Below, one piece after another: positions 51,337-64,000 of a stretch of DNA of 64,000 bases (its first letter is position 1; every line of letters begins with the position of its first letter). The notes under the pieces are model-generated. The model ran no database searches. It was not told the DNA's origin and saw only the letters and a program-made list of their open reading frames with translations. This stretch comes from Callorhinchus milii (lineage: Eukaryota), in assembly GCF_018977255.1 (NCBI RefSeq), contig NW_024704742.1, positions 49,602,001-49,666,000 on the forward strand, read 5' to 3'. Made by a program: the position numbers and the translations under genes.

Positions 51337-52835
51337 CTGGGAACAAGATGCACGTATTAATCAGTTGCTTTATCTTTCAAACAATTTAACTTCTGCCCTG
51401 TAGCAAACTGCAACTCATTTTCATATAAACATAATATTTTGCATTAATATGTCCTTTGAGGGGAAGGAAAGAAATTACTTGCACAAACACTTCTACTATA
51501 AAGACAGCTTTGTGGAATGGAGGAGTTGCCTTTTCAGTGAATTTTTAAAATTATCCATCATTTGAATTGAAATATTAGGATACCATGCTTGTGTTCAAAA
51601 AATCACAAGGGAGGTTTGCATGGAGACTCTTCAAGACAATTTGATCTCATTTTTCCAGAATACCCATCCTACTGTTCTGTTACAGCATCAAGCGTTTCTT
51701 CTTTTAAAAAGGGCGTCCTAGTCCCAACCACCCTTCCGGGTAACCTGTTTCAGTCACTAATAACCCTGTGAGTTATTAACTCACAGGCTTTGTCCTGAAA
51801 TTGCCCTGTAACCCATAATTCTGTAATGTAGATGCTGTTGTAAAGGAAAATATAGAACACTGAAATGCTGTGCACATCTATGAATGAATTATTCATCCAG
51901 CTCGCTCAGTGAGTTTCCTGCACATACACATCCAGAAAATATGTGTGGAGAAATATTCAAATACAACATCGCAATGATATGATTAATGGGATGGATTTTT
52001 TAAAAAAATAATAATCTACACAATTTAAAATTTTCTTTTGCAATTCAGTTTAGGTATATTTTTGAAGAAGTAAGCAGTAGGTCTTTATGGTGTCAGTAAA
52101 GTTGAATCACAGCAGTTTTAGATTTAAATCAGGAACTGAAAAATTATTTTATTGATTTTCAAATTCTTGACTTGGAGAATGTCATGATGTGCTCAATACT
52201 GAGCAAAAATGTCATAAATATCCATATTTGTTTCCTGTTTGCACTGTGTAAGCCAATTGCAAATGAAGCGACACTGGATGCTGTTACTGAACATTGTTAG
52301 TGATTCCATGCTTGACAAGAAGAAAATTAAAACAGGGCCAATTTCTGTCCCCAATTATCATCGAATGACCCCTGCAGCGTAACATGTATGTGCTCGGATG
52401 TCAGCAAAGAGCAAAATTACACTGATCCTGATGTTCGTCTCCTGAAAGGCAAATAACCTTGTTAATCTCACTCCTGAAGAATGGCCACATGGGATAGGGT
52501 ACTGCCAGGGTCTACAGAACAATAGCAGTAATCAATGCTTTCAATTCGTATAGATAAGGCTAACACTCCACTGTAGTTTTGGGGTGCATTGCATTGTTGG
52601 GAGGTGTCATCATTTGGATGAGACTTTAAACTGAGGATCAGATCTGTCTGCCTGTTCAGGTGAACATTGAAGATCCCATAGCACTATTTGAAAAGAGAAG
52701 GGAGTTTTGCTTGGCGTCCTGACCAAAAATCTCCCAATAAAATTCACTTTATGGCTATTTGTGTGCACATTGGCTGCAGCATTCACCAACAAAAAAATCA
52801 ATCCACGTAACAATATATCCTGTGATTTCATCCTC

Positions 52836-53158
52836 ATAATAATAATAATAATAATCCTTGCATTTGATATAGCGCTTTTCATGTCAGGAGGACGTCTCAA
52901 AGCGCTTCACAGAACACACTGTAAAGTGAATTGACTGTATATTCGTGGGCGAACGCGGCAGCCAATTGCGCACAGCAATGTCCCACAAACAGTCGTAGAT
53001 TGAAAATGACCAATTCATAATTGTTTTTGGTTTTGGAGGGATTATTATTAGGCGTATGGAGTAAGGAAACTTGCCCATGGTTTCGCCCTCTGCCTGGAAT
53101 TGAACTCAGGTCTCTCGCTTGCAAAGCGAGTGCTCTAACCACTGAACTACAGGACTCC
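52836..53158 (-). mobile_element. young tRNA-derived SINE nested in an older SacSINE1-like element (52558-53202, +)
   Basis: Full-length copy; the host tail resumes at 53159. Confidence 0.9.
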
Positions 53159-53860
53159 ACAAATGTGAAAGGTGCTGTACTATATGTAAGGATTATCATT
53201 ATTCAAGGAAAGCAAAAAAAAGTGGCATAGCATTCACTAGTGCATCATTTCAGAGGCTTAATTCACACAACCTGAACAGGATCCCTATTGATACAAGATT
53301 GAGTCCCACTCGCTATAGATATTGATCTGTCACCCAGGTGCATTAAGGATTCAATTACCTCTCATTGTGGTTCAAGAAGAGATGAAAAGCGCTATATCAA
53401 ATGCAAGGATTATTATTTATTCATTATTATAAGGTGAAGTATCCATCTCATAAATTTTAGCTGAGTCAAGGGTAAACACTGGCTCATATCTCCACCTCAA
53501 GGAAAGATGCAGGAATAAAACAACGGTAATCACACATTGTATCCCCAAAAGAAACAAAAACGCTGCCAATAAGATTCAACAGGAAACAAAGTACACTTAG
53601 TTTCTTTCAGAGTCTATGCTGGAATGGGGACCTTAACTAGCTCAAATACCAGGGAAGTCTTCTGCATTTAAAGCTCAGTTGGGGAAATAAAAATATTCAA
53701 ACAGCACCATAGCAATATATCAAAACAGAAAGAACTTTCCTTGCTGTTAGATTATATTTGACCAATTGGCTTTTCCTCTTAAGATCATGAACATTTCGAT
53801 ATAAAATTGTGGGAAGCTTAACAAAAAAAAGTTATTAAAATAAATAGTCTTGACTCTCAC

Positions 53861-53984
53861 CTCCAGCCAGCTCCCAGGGCTGGACTGCTGTCGCGGTGAA
53901 CTGTCACACTGGAGTCATTCAGTGTCAGCTTCTCCACAGCTTTCCTAAGGTTGCTGTACTCAGACTGGTCAACTGGATACATCC
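53861..53984 (-). CDS. GUF1: GUF1 exon 10
   Basis: [40 protein letters not shown](R); AG/GT; 124 nt. Confidence 0.95.
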
Positions 53985-54299
53985 CTTAGAAATGAAGCCA
54001 TTAAAGCGGACTGAAGTAGCTTTCAATAACTGATGTATAAAGTATAATGTAGTGTGAGGCAGCCTCATAGCAACAACTATTACTCAAACACCAACAATTA
54101 CCAGTGAAAGAAATCAATGCAGGAACCATCCTGTTCTCTGCAGCATTTTAGCAGTTAAGCAGCAAGAAAAACAGTTTATAACAGTGAGGCATTCTTAAAT
54201 TTAGTGTTATAGCTATTTATTTAGCACCTTTGAAAAAAGTTTACTAATTCATTGCTAGCTCTCAACTATTTTCTATCACTGACCTAATGTGCCATTTTG

Positions 54300-54820
54300 T
54301 TTGGGTCAGCCATATTTCTGACACATGCAGAATCCCTTAACCTTAACAGTATCCAATACTCTGCTTAAGAGTATCCAAACCAGACTGAATGTTTTATGCA
54401 ATGGAATGCATTCACTCTTCATTGAGAAATGCATCCCACTTACCTAACTCCGGAGAGTATTAGATGCAGATTGTTAAGAGCCAGACTTGGAAACTCTAGA
54501 ATATGCGTTGAGCTATGCTGGAGTTTTATCAGCTAAAACGGCATACTTTGCCAATGAAACACGGCTTGTCCAGCTAGGACTACTGTTAGGGCTTTGGCTT
54601 GCAGGGTTAACAAGAGCTGAGCAGGAAGAATCCCTGCCCCTGGTGACTGGTCTGCCACTCCATGTCCTGCTGATGAGCCAGACTGTCATCAACAGTCCCA
54701 TAAAATACTGCACACGACCAGCTCAGGAACCAGACTCATGAGACCACAAGAGTTGATTCCAACATTTTGTTGCCATGTATGTCACCTTGGAGCCAGCTAG
54801 TCTCCAAGGAAGCCCAGTTT
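54300..54820. repeat. unclassified dispersed repeat (longest copy)
   Basis: Colinear with 39166-39650 and with 29950-30555 reverse complement. Confidence 0.75.
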
Positions 54821-55065
54821 AATCAGGCATTAAACTAGAACACTGGATGAAATATAAGTTAAGAACTAGAGCATTAAAAGATTTATTTCCCAGCAGCGTG
54901 ATTCAAAGATTAATGAGCTTGCTTTATGGTACAAAAAAAACCTAAACTAAAGTAGGCAATGTGATGGAGAAATAACCTTGACCTTTTAGAGGAACAATAA
55001 ATGATATGTTCTCCCAGGTACACCATTGGGTAATTATAATTTGACTGGTTTACCAGTTCTCTTAC

Positions 55066-55205
55066 CTGCAAAGACCATTGGCTTAGCAGGTTTAAAGCCT
55101 GCTAGTGGCTCCACAGGGTGATTCTGTAAATAAAATGTGTCTCCAATCTGTGCCTCCTTCACTTCTTTCATTCCAGCTATTAGATAGCCCACTTGACCAG
55201 CATAC
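55066..55205 (-). CDS. GUF1: GUF1 exon 9
   Basis: [46 protein letters not shown](G); AG/GT; 140 nt. Confidence 0.95.
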
Positions 55206-55353
55206 CTACACAGTAACACAATCACAAATATTAAGATGTGCCATGATTACTGAGGATACAATTATATCATGAAATAATACTTTAAAATTAATAATGATTT
55301 TTATTGTCATTTCAGCTTCAAAACTGTGCTCAGTGAACTGAAGCATATCAGAA

Positions 55354-56907
55354 ACAACAAGTTAATATTTTCACATCAGGAGGATGTTACAAGGTGCTGG
55401 ACAGTCCATACTTCAACCCAAATTGGGGGTAAGAGCCGAGGGGGGGAGAGAAGATAAACAAAGTTACGGTAAAAAGAGGAAGGTCTTGAGATGAACAAAT
55501 GTGAGGTTTAACTCCACTTTAACTCTGGATACTTGTAAACCAACTCTGAAACAACCTCTCCTTATAAAGTGAAGCTTCACTTTTATGGTGAAATAAACTG
55601 GGGTGTTTAACAACAAAAACAAAATTACATTTGTATAAAGCCTTTCACATTGGAAGACTCGAGATGGGTCTTGAAGGAGGCCAGGGAGGGGGCGAGACGG
55701 AGGGAATGCAGGACAGACCTGGATCTTGAACTGTATCCTCTGTGTGATGGAAAGCCAGTGGAGTCGGGTAAGGATGGGGGTGATAGGGTCACAGAGCCCG
55801 GTGCGGGAAAGGACAGGGGCTGCAGAGTTCTGGATGATCTGAGGTGTGAGACAATGGCGGACCCGGGCAATGTTGCGGAGATGGGGGAAGACAGAGCAGG
55901 TCATGGCATGGATGTGGGGTAGAAAGGATAGCTGAGGTTCAAACAAGATGCCAAGGTTCCGGACTGGGTCAGTAAGGTGGAGTGTGCATCCTTGGATCTT
56001 GATGCTGTGAGAGCCTGAGGTGTGGAGATGTTGGCAGGAACCAATCAGGAGAGCCTTGGTATTGCTGACGTTCAACTGAAGAAAGTTAACTCTCATCCAG
56101 GACTTGATGTCTGTCAGGACAGCAGTTGTCCTGGAGTCAAAGATGAGGCAGAGAGATATAGTTGGGTGTCATTCGCATACATGTGGAGTCCTGTAGCTCA
56201 GTGGTTAGAGCACTCGCTTTACAAGTGAGAGACCTGAGTTCAATTCCAGGCACAGGGCGAAACCTTGGGCAAGTTTCCTTACTCCACACAGAGCCTAATA
56301 ATAAAACCTCCAAAAAACAAAAACAATAATAAATTGGTCATTTTCAATCTACGACTGTTTGTGGGACATTGCTGTGCGCAATTGGCTGCCGCGTTTGCCC
56401 ACAAATATACAGTCAATTCACTTTACAGTATATTCTGTGAAGCGCTTTGGGACGTCTAGAAGACGTGAAAAGCGCTATATCAAATGCAAGGATTATTATT
56501 ATTACACGTGGAAGTTAATCCCATGTCTGCGGATGATGTCACCAAGAGGGAGCATATAGATATTGAAGAGGAGGGGACCAAGGACAGAGCCCTGAGGAAT
56601 GCCACACGAGACAGTGCGGGGGCTGGAGGAGAAACGTTTGTGGAGATGAAGTGGAGGCGGTGTGAGTGTTACAATATGAACCATTCACGGACAGAACCGT
56701 GAAGGTTGAGGTGAAAGGGGAGGATAGAGTGGTCAATGGTGTTGAAGGCAGCAAAGAGGTCAAGAAGGACGAGGAGGCAGAGGGAGCCCTGGTCGCAGAT
56801 GGACAGAATGTCATTTGTCACTTTGACCAGGGCTATTTTTGTGCTATGGGCGGCTCGGAAACCCGATTGGAGGGGTTCGTGAAGGAAGTGGTGGGAGAGG
56901 AAGGAGC
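55354..56907 (-). mobile_element. L2 LINE fragment with nested insertions
   Basis: [32 protein letters not shown] / YANDTQLY / NFLQLNVS; tail at ~55354. Confidence 0.9.
56185..56503 (+). mobile_element. young tRNA-derived SINE inserted in the L2 RT catalytic motif
   Basis: Full length; TACATGTGG/TACACGTGG TSD. Confidence 0.92.
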
Positions 56908-57359
56908 TGGGTCTGCTCTATGAGTAACGCTCAATTATCACCAACAAAATTACATTTGTATAACGCGTTTCACGTTGGGAGGATGTCCTATCAATACATC
57001 GTTCACAAAGCAGCCCACACTGTAATATAAAATCTACATCAGACATGTTCATCTCAATCCCCTCTTGTAACTGCAACCCTCATGATCTGATATTAGAGAT
57101 GAGCAGTTTGCCAAAGTCAACTGTTAGAATTCTAGGCCTTAACTGGCCAACCAAAATGGGCTTTGGAAACATTTTTTGGCACACCAAGTTTTCCTTTCTG
57201 TTGTTCCCATTTCCAAAATGTACAGTAGTTAAAAAATAAAGATAAATACATTTCTCTTAACTTAAAAAGCCAGACAAAAGATGGGGTTATATTTAATATG
57301 TAGCACACGACTGATTCAACATTTGTGAATGAGATTAATGTAAAGAAACAATTTCTTAC

Positions 57360-57563
57360 AGTTTTTCTACTGGATATTCATCAGGCCTAAGGATTCCAAC
57401 TTCATTAACTTCATATAGTTTCTGTGTGTATGACGACATGATTTTATCCCCTCTTTGCAGCTTTCCGCCAAAAAGTGTGATGCTGGCAATGACTCCCCTG
57501 TAGTGGTCAAAGGTGGAGTCAAACACCAAAGCTCTCAGTGGGTCTGCAGCACCTGCATTTGGT
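57360..57563 (-). CDS. GUF1: GUF1 exon 8
   Basis: [26 protein letters not shown]...[18 protein letters not shown](L); AG/GT; 204 nt. Confidence 0.95.
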
Positions 57564-58025
57564 CTAAAATGAAAAGATTTGTAATCCTTTGAAATGAATA
57601 GTCATCTGCTAATTACAGTAGGCATTAACGACCTAAATATTCAAAACTTAACTTAATGCACTAGAAACATTTTGGCAAATACCCTAAGATCTTAATGCTT
57701 CTAGATGAAAATCAAATTCAACTTAATTTCACATTGGATCCTTGACAGCTCATGGAAAGAGAAAACTTCCACCATGTCAGTCAGGGCTCAATTAAGACAG
57801 GACTCAGAGGTGAGTTTTAATGTGCTCTATTTAAGAACTAAAGTGTTTAATTTGTGTGCATTTGAAATCATCCCAGATGGCCAGAATGTGGATGTGACTT
57901 CAGCAACAGTGGTACTTTGGTACAAACATGTCTGTTGGTTAGTTCAAGCTCCAATTTCAGTTCATGTAGAATTAACCTCAGAAATATAATGACCTCAGAA
58001 ACATAATGGCATGCAAGATACTTAC

Positions 58026-58090
58026 GGAGGAATTCTTTCAACAACTGCTCTCAAAACCTCATCTATATTTGTTCCTAGTTTTGCAGAAAT
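58026..58090 (-). CDS. GUF1: GUF1 exon 7
   Basis: ISAKLGTNIDEVLRAVVERIP(P); AG/GT; 65 nt. Confidence 0.95.
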
Positions 58091-58424
58091 CTGTGAAATT
58101 AGAAAATGTTAGTAACTATCTGAGAAAGTGCTTTCAATTCTATAATATGATCCATATTTATATAGCGGCCTTGACATCAGGAAGACATCTCATCTTAACA
58201 TTGGTAGATGGACCCTTGAGCTGGGGGTGGGGAGGGGAAAGAGATCGAAAGCACAATCAAAGAACTACACTTTGAAATGACAATTGATTATAACAGTAAT
58301 ATGACATTTGCACTTGTTTTTAGCAGCTTTCACGTTGGGAGCACGTCTAAAAGCGATAACACAATTAATTACAAAGTGTAGTGACGGTGTATTTTGTAGA
58401 TTTTCCCACTGTTTAGTTTAATTT

Positions 58425-58732
58425 AATCCTTGCATTTGATATAGCGCTTTTCACGTCGGGAGGACGTCCCAAAGCGCTTCACAGAACACACTGTAAAGTG
58501 AATTGACTGTATATTTGTGGGCGAACGCGGCAGCCAATTGCGCACAGCAATGTCCCACAAACAGTCATGGATTGAAAATGACCAATTTTATTATTGTTTT
58601 TGGTTTTGGAGGGATTATTATTAGGCTCTGTGTGGAGTAAGGAAACTTGCCCAAGGTTTCGCCCTGCCTGGAATTGAACTCAGGTCTCTCACTTGCAAAG
58701 CGAGTGCTCTAACCACTGAGCTACAGGGCTCC
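58425..58732 (-). mobile_element. young tRNA-derived SINE
   Basis: Full-length copy in GUF1 intron 6. Confidence 0.92.
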
Positions 58733-58853
58733 AACAGGACTGTTGTTCTGGAGACTCAAAATGTAGTGTCAAAGCTAATGTGATTTTGACTGCAGATTAA
58801 CTCAGCATACAATACTAACAATCAATAAAGTGGAAAAAGAGCAAGTTTCATAC

Positions 58854-58937
58854 TCTAATGCATTCCTCCTTAGGAATATCAAAGACCATTTCAATCTGTT
58901 TTTCAACTCTAGCAGGGTCAGCATTCTTTAGATCAAT
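58854..58937 (-). CDS. GUF1: GUF1 exon 6
   Basis: [32 protein letters not shown]; 84 nt. Confidence 0.95.
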
Positions 58938-59146
58938 CTGCAATAAGATTCAGAAACATTTTGTCAGTAATCACTCAAACTGTCTGATCTGCAAAGAAAT
59001 TAATTTTTATTTTAACGTTTTCCATACTGAAAACGAATTATTTGCTTTCTCTAGCTTATTCTTGGTTGGAAAAAACACTTAGAAAAATTTAGACTTTCAC
59101 AAGTTAAACATCAACATCATACACAACAAGCCATTTATATATTTAC

Positions 59147-59224
59147 CTTGTTTATCACAGGGATTATCATTAACTGGGACTCAAAGGCAAGAAAAAAGTT
59201 TGCCACAGTCTGCGCTTGAATACC
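59147..59224 (-). CDS. GUF1: GUF1 exon 5
   Basis: GIQAQTVANFFLAFESQLMIIPVINK; AG/GT; 78 nt. Confidence 0.95.
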
Positions 59225-60083
59225 CTAAGAGAAATATCAATTAAAACAGAAAAAATTAAATCAACACAGGACAAATTTGTTTGCAATATGATTATTTATG
59301 GGCCAAGTTAAAAAAAGGTAATTTTAACCATTCTGAAAAAAGCAAACATTTGATGAACTTAATCAGAATAATGTTTCCTAATAAAAACTCATATTGTACA
59401 AAATTAAAGTGAAATTTATAGACTAACGTATGATTGGGTGAGAAAAAATAATTCAGTTTACAAAAATGCAACTCTCAAGTACATTAACTCTCTGAGTATG
59501 ATATAAAATTATATTTGAATAATCCTGATATTCCATATCCTTACCTGGTAACAGTAAGAAGAAAAGGAAAATTGATAGAAAGATAATACGTTTCTATGTC
59601 AATGTAAAAATTAACAAGGATCCTAAGACTTTGAATAAAAATTATTGACACAAAAGTTTATAAAATACATTTCACAGACCACAATGATTCCTAAAACAAA
59701 ATTGATTACTTTCAAAGGGATATAATTACTTTTCCTTTCTATCCAGATCTCAGGGATCACATTCCTAACACTAGTGTGGAAAACAATTTTCTGCCATTTG
59801 TTTTAAGATCTCCAGAAACTAGTTTATAAGTCAAAATTAAGAATTTTCAAAAATCCTACATTATCGTATTTTAAATTTTAAGGCTAGATGCTCTGGCTAA
59901 GTTGTCTGGTTTGTTAAGTATGAGTAGTTTATTTTAATGCTGCTAATGCATTGAATACCAAAATGATGCTGTGGACACATTACTCATTGTGGGTTTAACA
60001 TATGTCTTGTGTTTCTTTCACTGGGAGTTTACGATTGGTCAGTGCCAGCAAGAAAGTGTCAAAAATAAACTTATTCAAATTAC

Positions 60084-60164
60084 CTCATTTGCATCCACTA
60101 TTAACAACACACCTTGACATGCAGACAGTGATCGTGAAACTTCATAGCTGAAATCCACATGACC
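60084..60164 (-). CDS. GUF1: GUF1 exon 4
   Basis: [31 protein letters not shown]; 81 nt. Confidence 0.95.
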
Positions 60165-60594
60165 CTGTTGATGAAAGAGAATTGAAAGTGTTTTAAAGAA
60201 TGTGTTGCTGTACTGTATAAAATTTTTAATAAACAGCCTTAACCTACCATTTTTAATGAATTTCCTGCACAAATAATGTTTTTACATCACCGCAATATTA
60301 TCATGACAATGTCAAGACGTGTTCATGTGCCTGTTCATGGAACATTTTATTAGTTTCGGATGCTGAGCAAGGGGTCATCAGAATTCAAGTGGGGTTTTCC
60401 AAAATTCAGGACAAGGAAACCCAACCATTTCACTTTATGGGCTTTTCCAAACACCAGCTTCTCTCAAGAGACAAACTGACAATGTAGAAGTAGTATTTGT
60501 GACACATTATCACACCAGGCATTGCCAAGGGAGGCAGGAGCTCTGTCCTCAAGAGTTGATAACATGAAGGAGGTGAGTACCTTTGTGAACTTAC

Positions 60595-60743
60595 TGGTGT
60601 ATCGATGAGATTTAAGAGATAGGTTCTTCCTGCATGACTATAAAACAGAGTTGCAGTCTGAGCTTTCACAGTGATCCCTCGTTCTCGTTCCACTTGCAGT
60701 TTATCTAACACTTGTTTATTGCGTTTAGTTTTGGCAATAGCTC
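60595..60743 (-). CDS. GUF1: GUF1 exon 3
   Basis: [53 protein letters not shown]; 149 nt. Confidence 0.95.
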
Positions 60744-61170
60744 CTGAAAATGTGAAAAACAATTTAAATACTGCTTTTCTTCAACAAGATGTGCTCACCT
60801 GCCAAACACAGGAACTGTGAAACCACATGTAGTAAAGTGGTAAAGTAACTATCCCTATAAGTGATTATTTTACACTTCTCACACGAATAGCTGAATGCAT
60901 TAGACTTATCTATGCTAATCTGTGTGCAGTATTTGCCTTTGCATTGAAACCAGATGCTTCTTTTACTTGGTTGAGGCTGAGCTGCAGGTTATTGAAATTC
61001 AACAGGAGCACAGCACATTTTTTAAAAAAATTAAGCTAGAACAATAAAGATAAGCGTTAAAAAAAATGTATAGAGCTAAATTTAAACCAGGTGTGTTATA
61101 TCTTTAAAAATCGGCTAGACAACTTTTATAATTAAACGTTTGTAGGATATACTGTAAAAAGATACATTAC

Positions 61171-61282
61171 CTGTTATTTCTAGGAGTCGATCTGCAAGTG
61201 TACTTTTTCCATGATCTACATGTGCTATGATGCTGAAATTCCTAACATTTTCCACAGGGAATTTAGAAAGGTCATAGTTTTC
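61171..61282 (-). CDS. GUF1: GUF1 exon 2 (G1 motif)
   Basis: [37 protein letters not shown](G); AG/GT flanks; 112 nt. Confidence 0.95.
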
Positions 61283-62995
61283 CTGTAAAGGATCATGACA
61301 GTTGTAATTAAGTTTATAAAAGGAAACAAAAAAAGACTGCAGGTCCGAAATTCCACCGGTCTTAATATTCAAGATCAAGCAGAATTGTGCAAATGTTCTT
61401 AATTTGTTCTTAATGTTCTTCCCGTGTACAGGCCTGCTTTTGCATTAGAATAGCCAACTTCCAGGTTGCCATCAAGGTACTTCCAGCAAATTTCAGGTTA
61501 TTGCAAACTCCCCGCACCACCATCAGTGGCCGAGTCTTCAAGAACCTCTAGAACTCCCCCTATCTAAACCCCTCTCTATCTCACTAAAACGTACCTCTTC
61601 ACCCTTGCCTACATTCACCTCCTCAGCCCAATGTATTTGGACAGTCGCTGTTCAGTGCAAACCGAGACACTACATAAATGCAAGCTGTTGTCGGGATTTT
61701 ATGGATCCAACCACTGTATTATAACAAATACAGCTAATTACCATACCTTTTGTCAGTCACCAGGATGGGCAAATTGCACCATAACACCCATTTCCCAGGA
61801 GGCCCATTGGAGAAAAACTGAGTATTTTTAAACTCAATATAGAAGTATGGTCCAGCTGACCAGAGAAAGGAGGAATCAAATGGACTTGAGATGTGTATTT
61901 CTAAAGAGGGCTTGGTGTGCTTAAATTTATATTTAACAAAATGAAGCCTACATCTCTGAAGCACTCAAAGACTCTACCCCACATGAAGGGTGCTAAATAA
62001 GTGCAAGTTGTTAAGTAACTGATTTCAGTTCTGCAAATGTCCTTAAGATTTGCCATATAAAAAAACAAATAATAGAGGAACTACATTCAAACTGATTAAT
62101 ATTTTATAAAATCCATATTATTTGTCACAGGTCACAATTTTCAATGTCAAATAGACCTAGCAGGTTTAAATAAAAATGCCTGAAAACATATTTCTTACAG
62201 AATTAAAGATTAGAAAATGACCTGCTGTATTATTGCATTATTTAACTTCCCAAAAATGCTGCAAGCCATTAACTGTATATTATCTCTCTATTAACGTGTC
62301 GTAAGAATGTCACAATTATTGATCTTCAAATTACATAAAACCTGGAATGCATTAATTCTCATCTGTCAATCCAAAACCTTCAAAAACCATAATGTTACAC
62401 AAAGAGTAATTTTAAGGCTATAATCTATTAGAATGACTATGATAAACCACTCCAATTTCACTAGCTTACTTTAAGTTCAGTAACACCATTCCTTTAGAGG
62501 CTGAGGAAATATTCCACTCTTAATACAATATCTGTATCTCATCCGAACACTATCTTAGAATTACAAATACCTGATTTTGGGGTGTAAAGTGGGATTGTAT
62601 GTAAATCGCTTTGTAATTTACTCACATCTACCCACAAATTATGTCTCCCCTAAACATCTGCTTGTCATGTTTCAGAATGTAAATCGACAGATGTGAAAAT
62701 ATATTTAACGGTTACATTTATTATTGCATGTTTGGTCTGGATATTCTCATTTTGGATTGAAAATGTAACTTTTTCTGATGTTGTAGTTACAGTGCAGGTG
62801 TTATTCAAGAGCACTACCTAAACGTAGCTAGGGGGAAAGCAGAGCTCTTTGTATATGTACTGTATCTAGGATCCCAATATCAGTTTAAAATTTAATCTTA
62901 GAAGACAGGGCAGTTCTGTCAACTTCTATCTTACATAGACTGTTTAACTGCACAGAAACAGGTCATTCAACCCAACTAGTCATTGTTGATGTTTA

Positions 62996-63356
62996 TAATA
63001 ATACTTGCATTTGATATAGCGCCTTATCGTATCTTCGATGTCTCCAAGCGCTTCACAGAATATACTGTAAAGTGAATTGACTGTATATTTTGTGGGCAAA
63101 GCGCATCAGCCAATTGCACACAGCAGTGTCCCACAAACAGTCATGGATTGAAGTGACCAATTTATTATTATTTTTTTGAAAGAATTTACTCCTGGAATAG
63201 CGATCCGCCTATCAACTAACAACCGGGTTCGACTTACTGATAGGTAAACACAGGCGTATGGAGTAAGGAAACTTGCCTAATATTTCGCCCTGCCGTGAAC
63301 TGAATCCAGGTCTCTCGCTTGTGAGGCGAGTGCTTTAACCACTGAGCTACAGGACA
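62996..63356 (-). mobile_element. tRNA-derived SINE, long variant
   Basis: Full length with the extra internal segment. Confidence 0.88.
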
Positions 63357-63443
63357 CGAGCTTCCTAATACACTCTCTCATATCCCTCTAATTCTCATTT
63401 CCCAAGCATCAAGTTTCATCCAACATTTAAAACGATGGCTTGG

Positions 63444-63759
63444 AATAATAATAATAATAATCCTTGCATTTGATATAGCGCTTTTCACGTCGGGAGGACG
63501 TCCCAAAGCGCTTCACAGGACACACTGTAAAGTGAATTGACTGTATATTTGTGGGCGAACGCAGCAGCCAATTGCGCACAGCAATGTCCCACAAACAGTC
63601 GTAGATTGAAAATGACCAACTTATTATTGCTTTTTCTTTTGGAGGGATTATTATTAGGCTCTGTGTGGAGTAAGGAAACTTGCCCAAGGTTTGCCTGGAA
63701 TTGAACTCAGGTCTCTCGCTTGCAGAGTGAGTGCTCTAACCATTGAGCTACAGGACTCC
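63444..63759 (-). mobile_element. young tRNA-derived SINE
   Basis: Full-length short variant. Confidence 0.92.
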
Positions 63760-64000
63760 ACTTGGTTGATTGTTTCAAATTTTAAAGTAAAAATATCTCT
63801 GAATTAGCAAGGCAATGTTAATTTGCCTGAAGCAGTTATGCGACAATCCAGGGTGTATAAAAAGCATCACTTTTTTTAAGAATGAAAATAAAAACAAGTC
63901 TTTCGTCTCTTTATTTTCTGTGTCTCAAAACTGCAATTAACAGTGCAGAATCAGGGACCACGTGTGTTACCGGGGCACATATTCTGTGACACTAATAATT

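Larger units (their letters stand above)
43232..61282 (-). other. GUF1: GUF1 gene span (16 coding exons = human exons 2-17; exon 1 not located in window)
   Basis: Exons joined by hand give an open 1845-nt frame with consistent phases. Translational GTPase motifs [24 protein letters not shown] and SAK are present, plus the LepA C-terminal [14 protein letters not shown]. Confidence 0.96.

Noticed and set aside
62571..62640. Candidate GUF1 exon 1 ending CAG|GTATTT
   Set aside because: The required phase-0 frame has TAG and TGA stops just upstream. Exon 1 probably lies beyond the window.

Overview
Vertebrate nuclear DNA, most likely a cartilaginous fish. The assignment to a chimaera/elephant-shark-like genome is an inference from the tRNA/Deu-type SINEs and the L2, CR1 and shark Penelope-type repeats. 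Two spliced protein-coding genes lie on the minus strand in tandem. GUF1 (mitochondrial EF-4/LepA) has 16 coding exons equivalent to human exons 2-17 at 43232-61282 (614 aa in window); its first exon was not found, and one intron appears to be GC-AG. YIPF7 has five coding exons at 19883-34805 (256 aa) and a probable non-coding first exon behind a TATA/MEF2 element near 36.5 kb. The rest is intronic or intergenic DNA dense in retroelements: a young tRNA-derived SINE sharing its 3' stem-loop tail with L2 LINEs, older SacSINE1-like Deu-SINEs, degenerate L2 and CR1 fragments, a pogo/Tigger-type MITE and an unclassified ~500-bp dispersed repeat. I see no new multi-gene system. The most interesting signals are SINE tail-loop turnover matching the partner LINE, the GC-AG intron, an old ~600-bp inverted duplication, inverted SINE pairs bracketing GUF1 exons, a probable L2 3' transduction, and a GUF1 orientation relative to YIPF7 that differs from my recollection of human.
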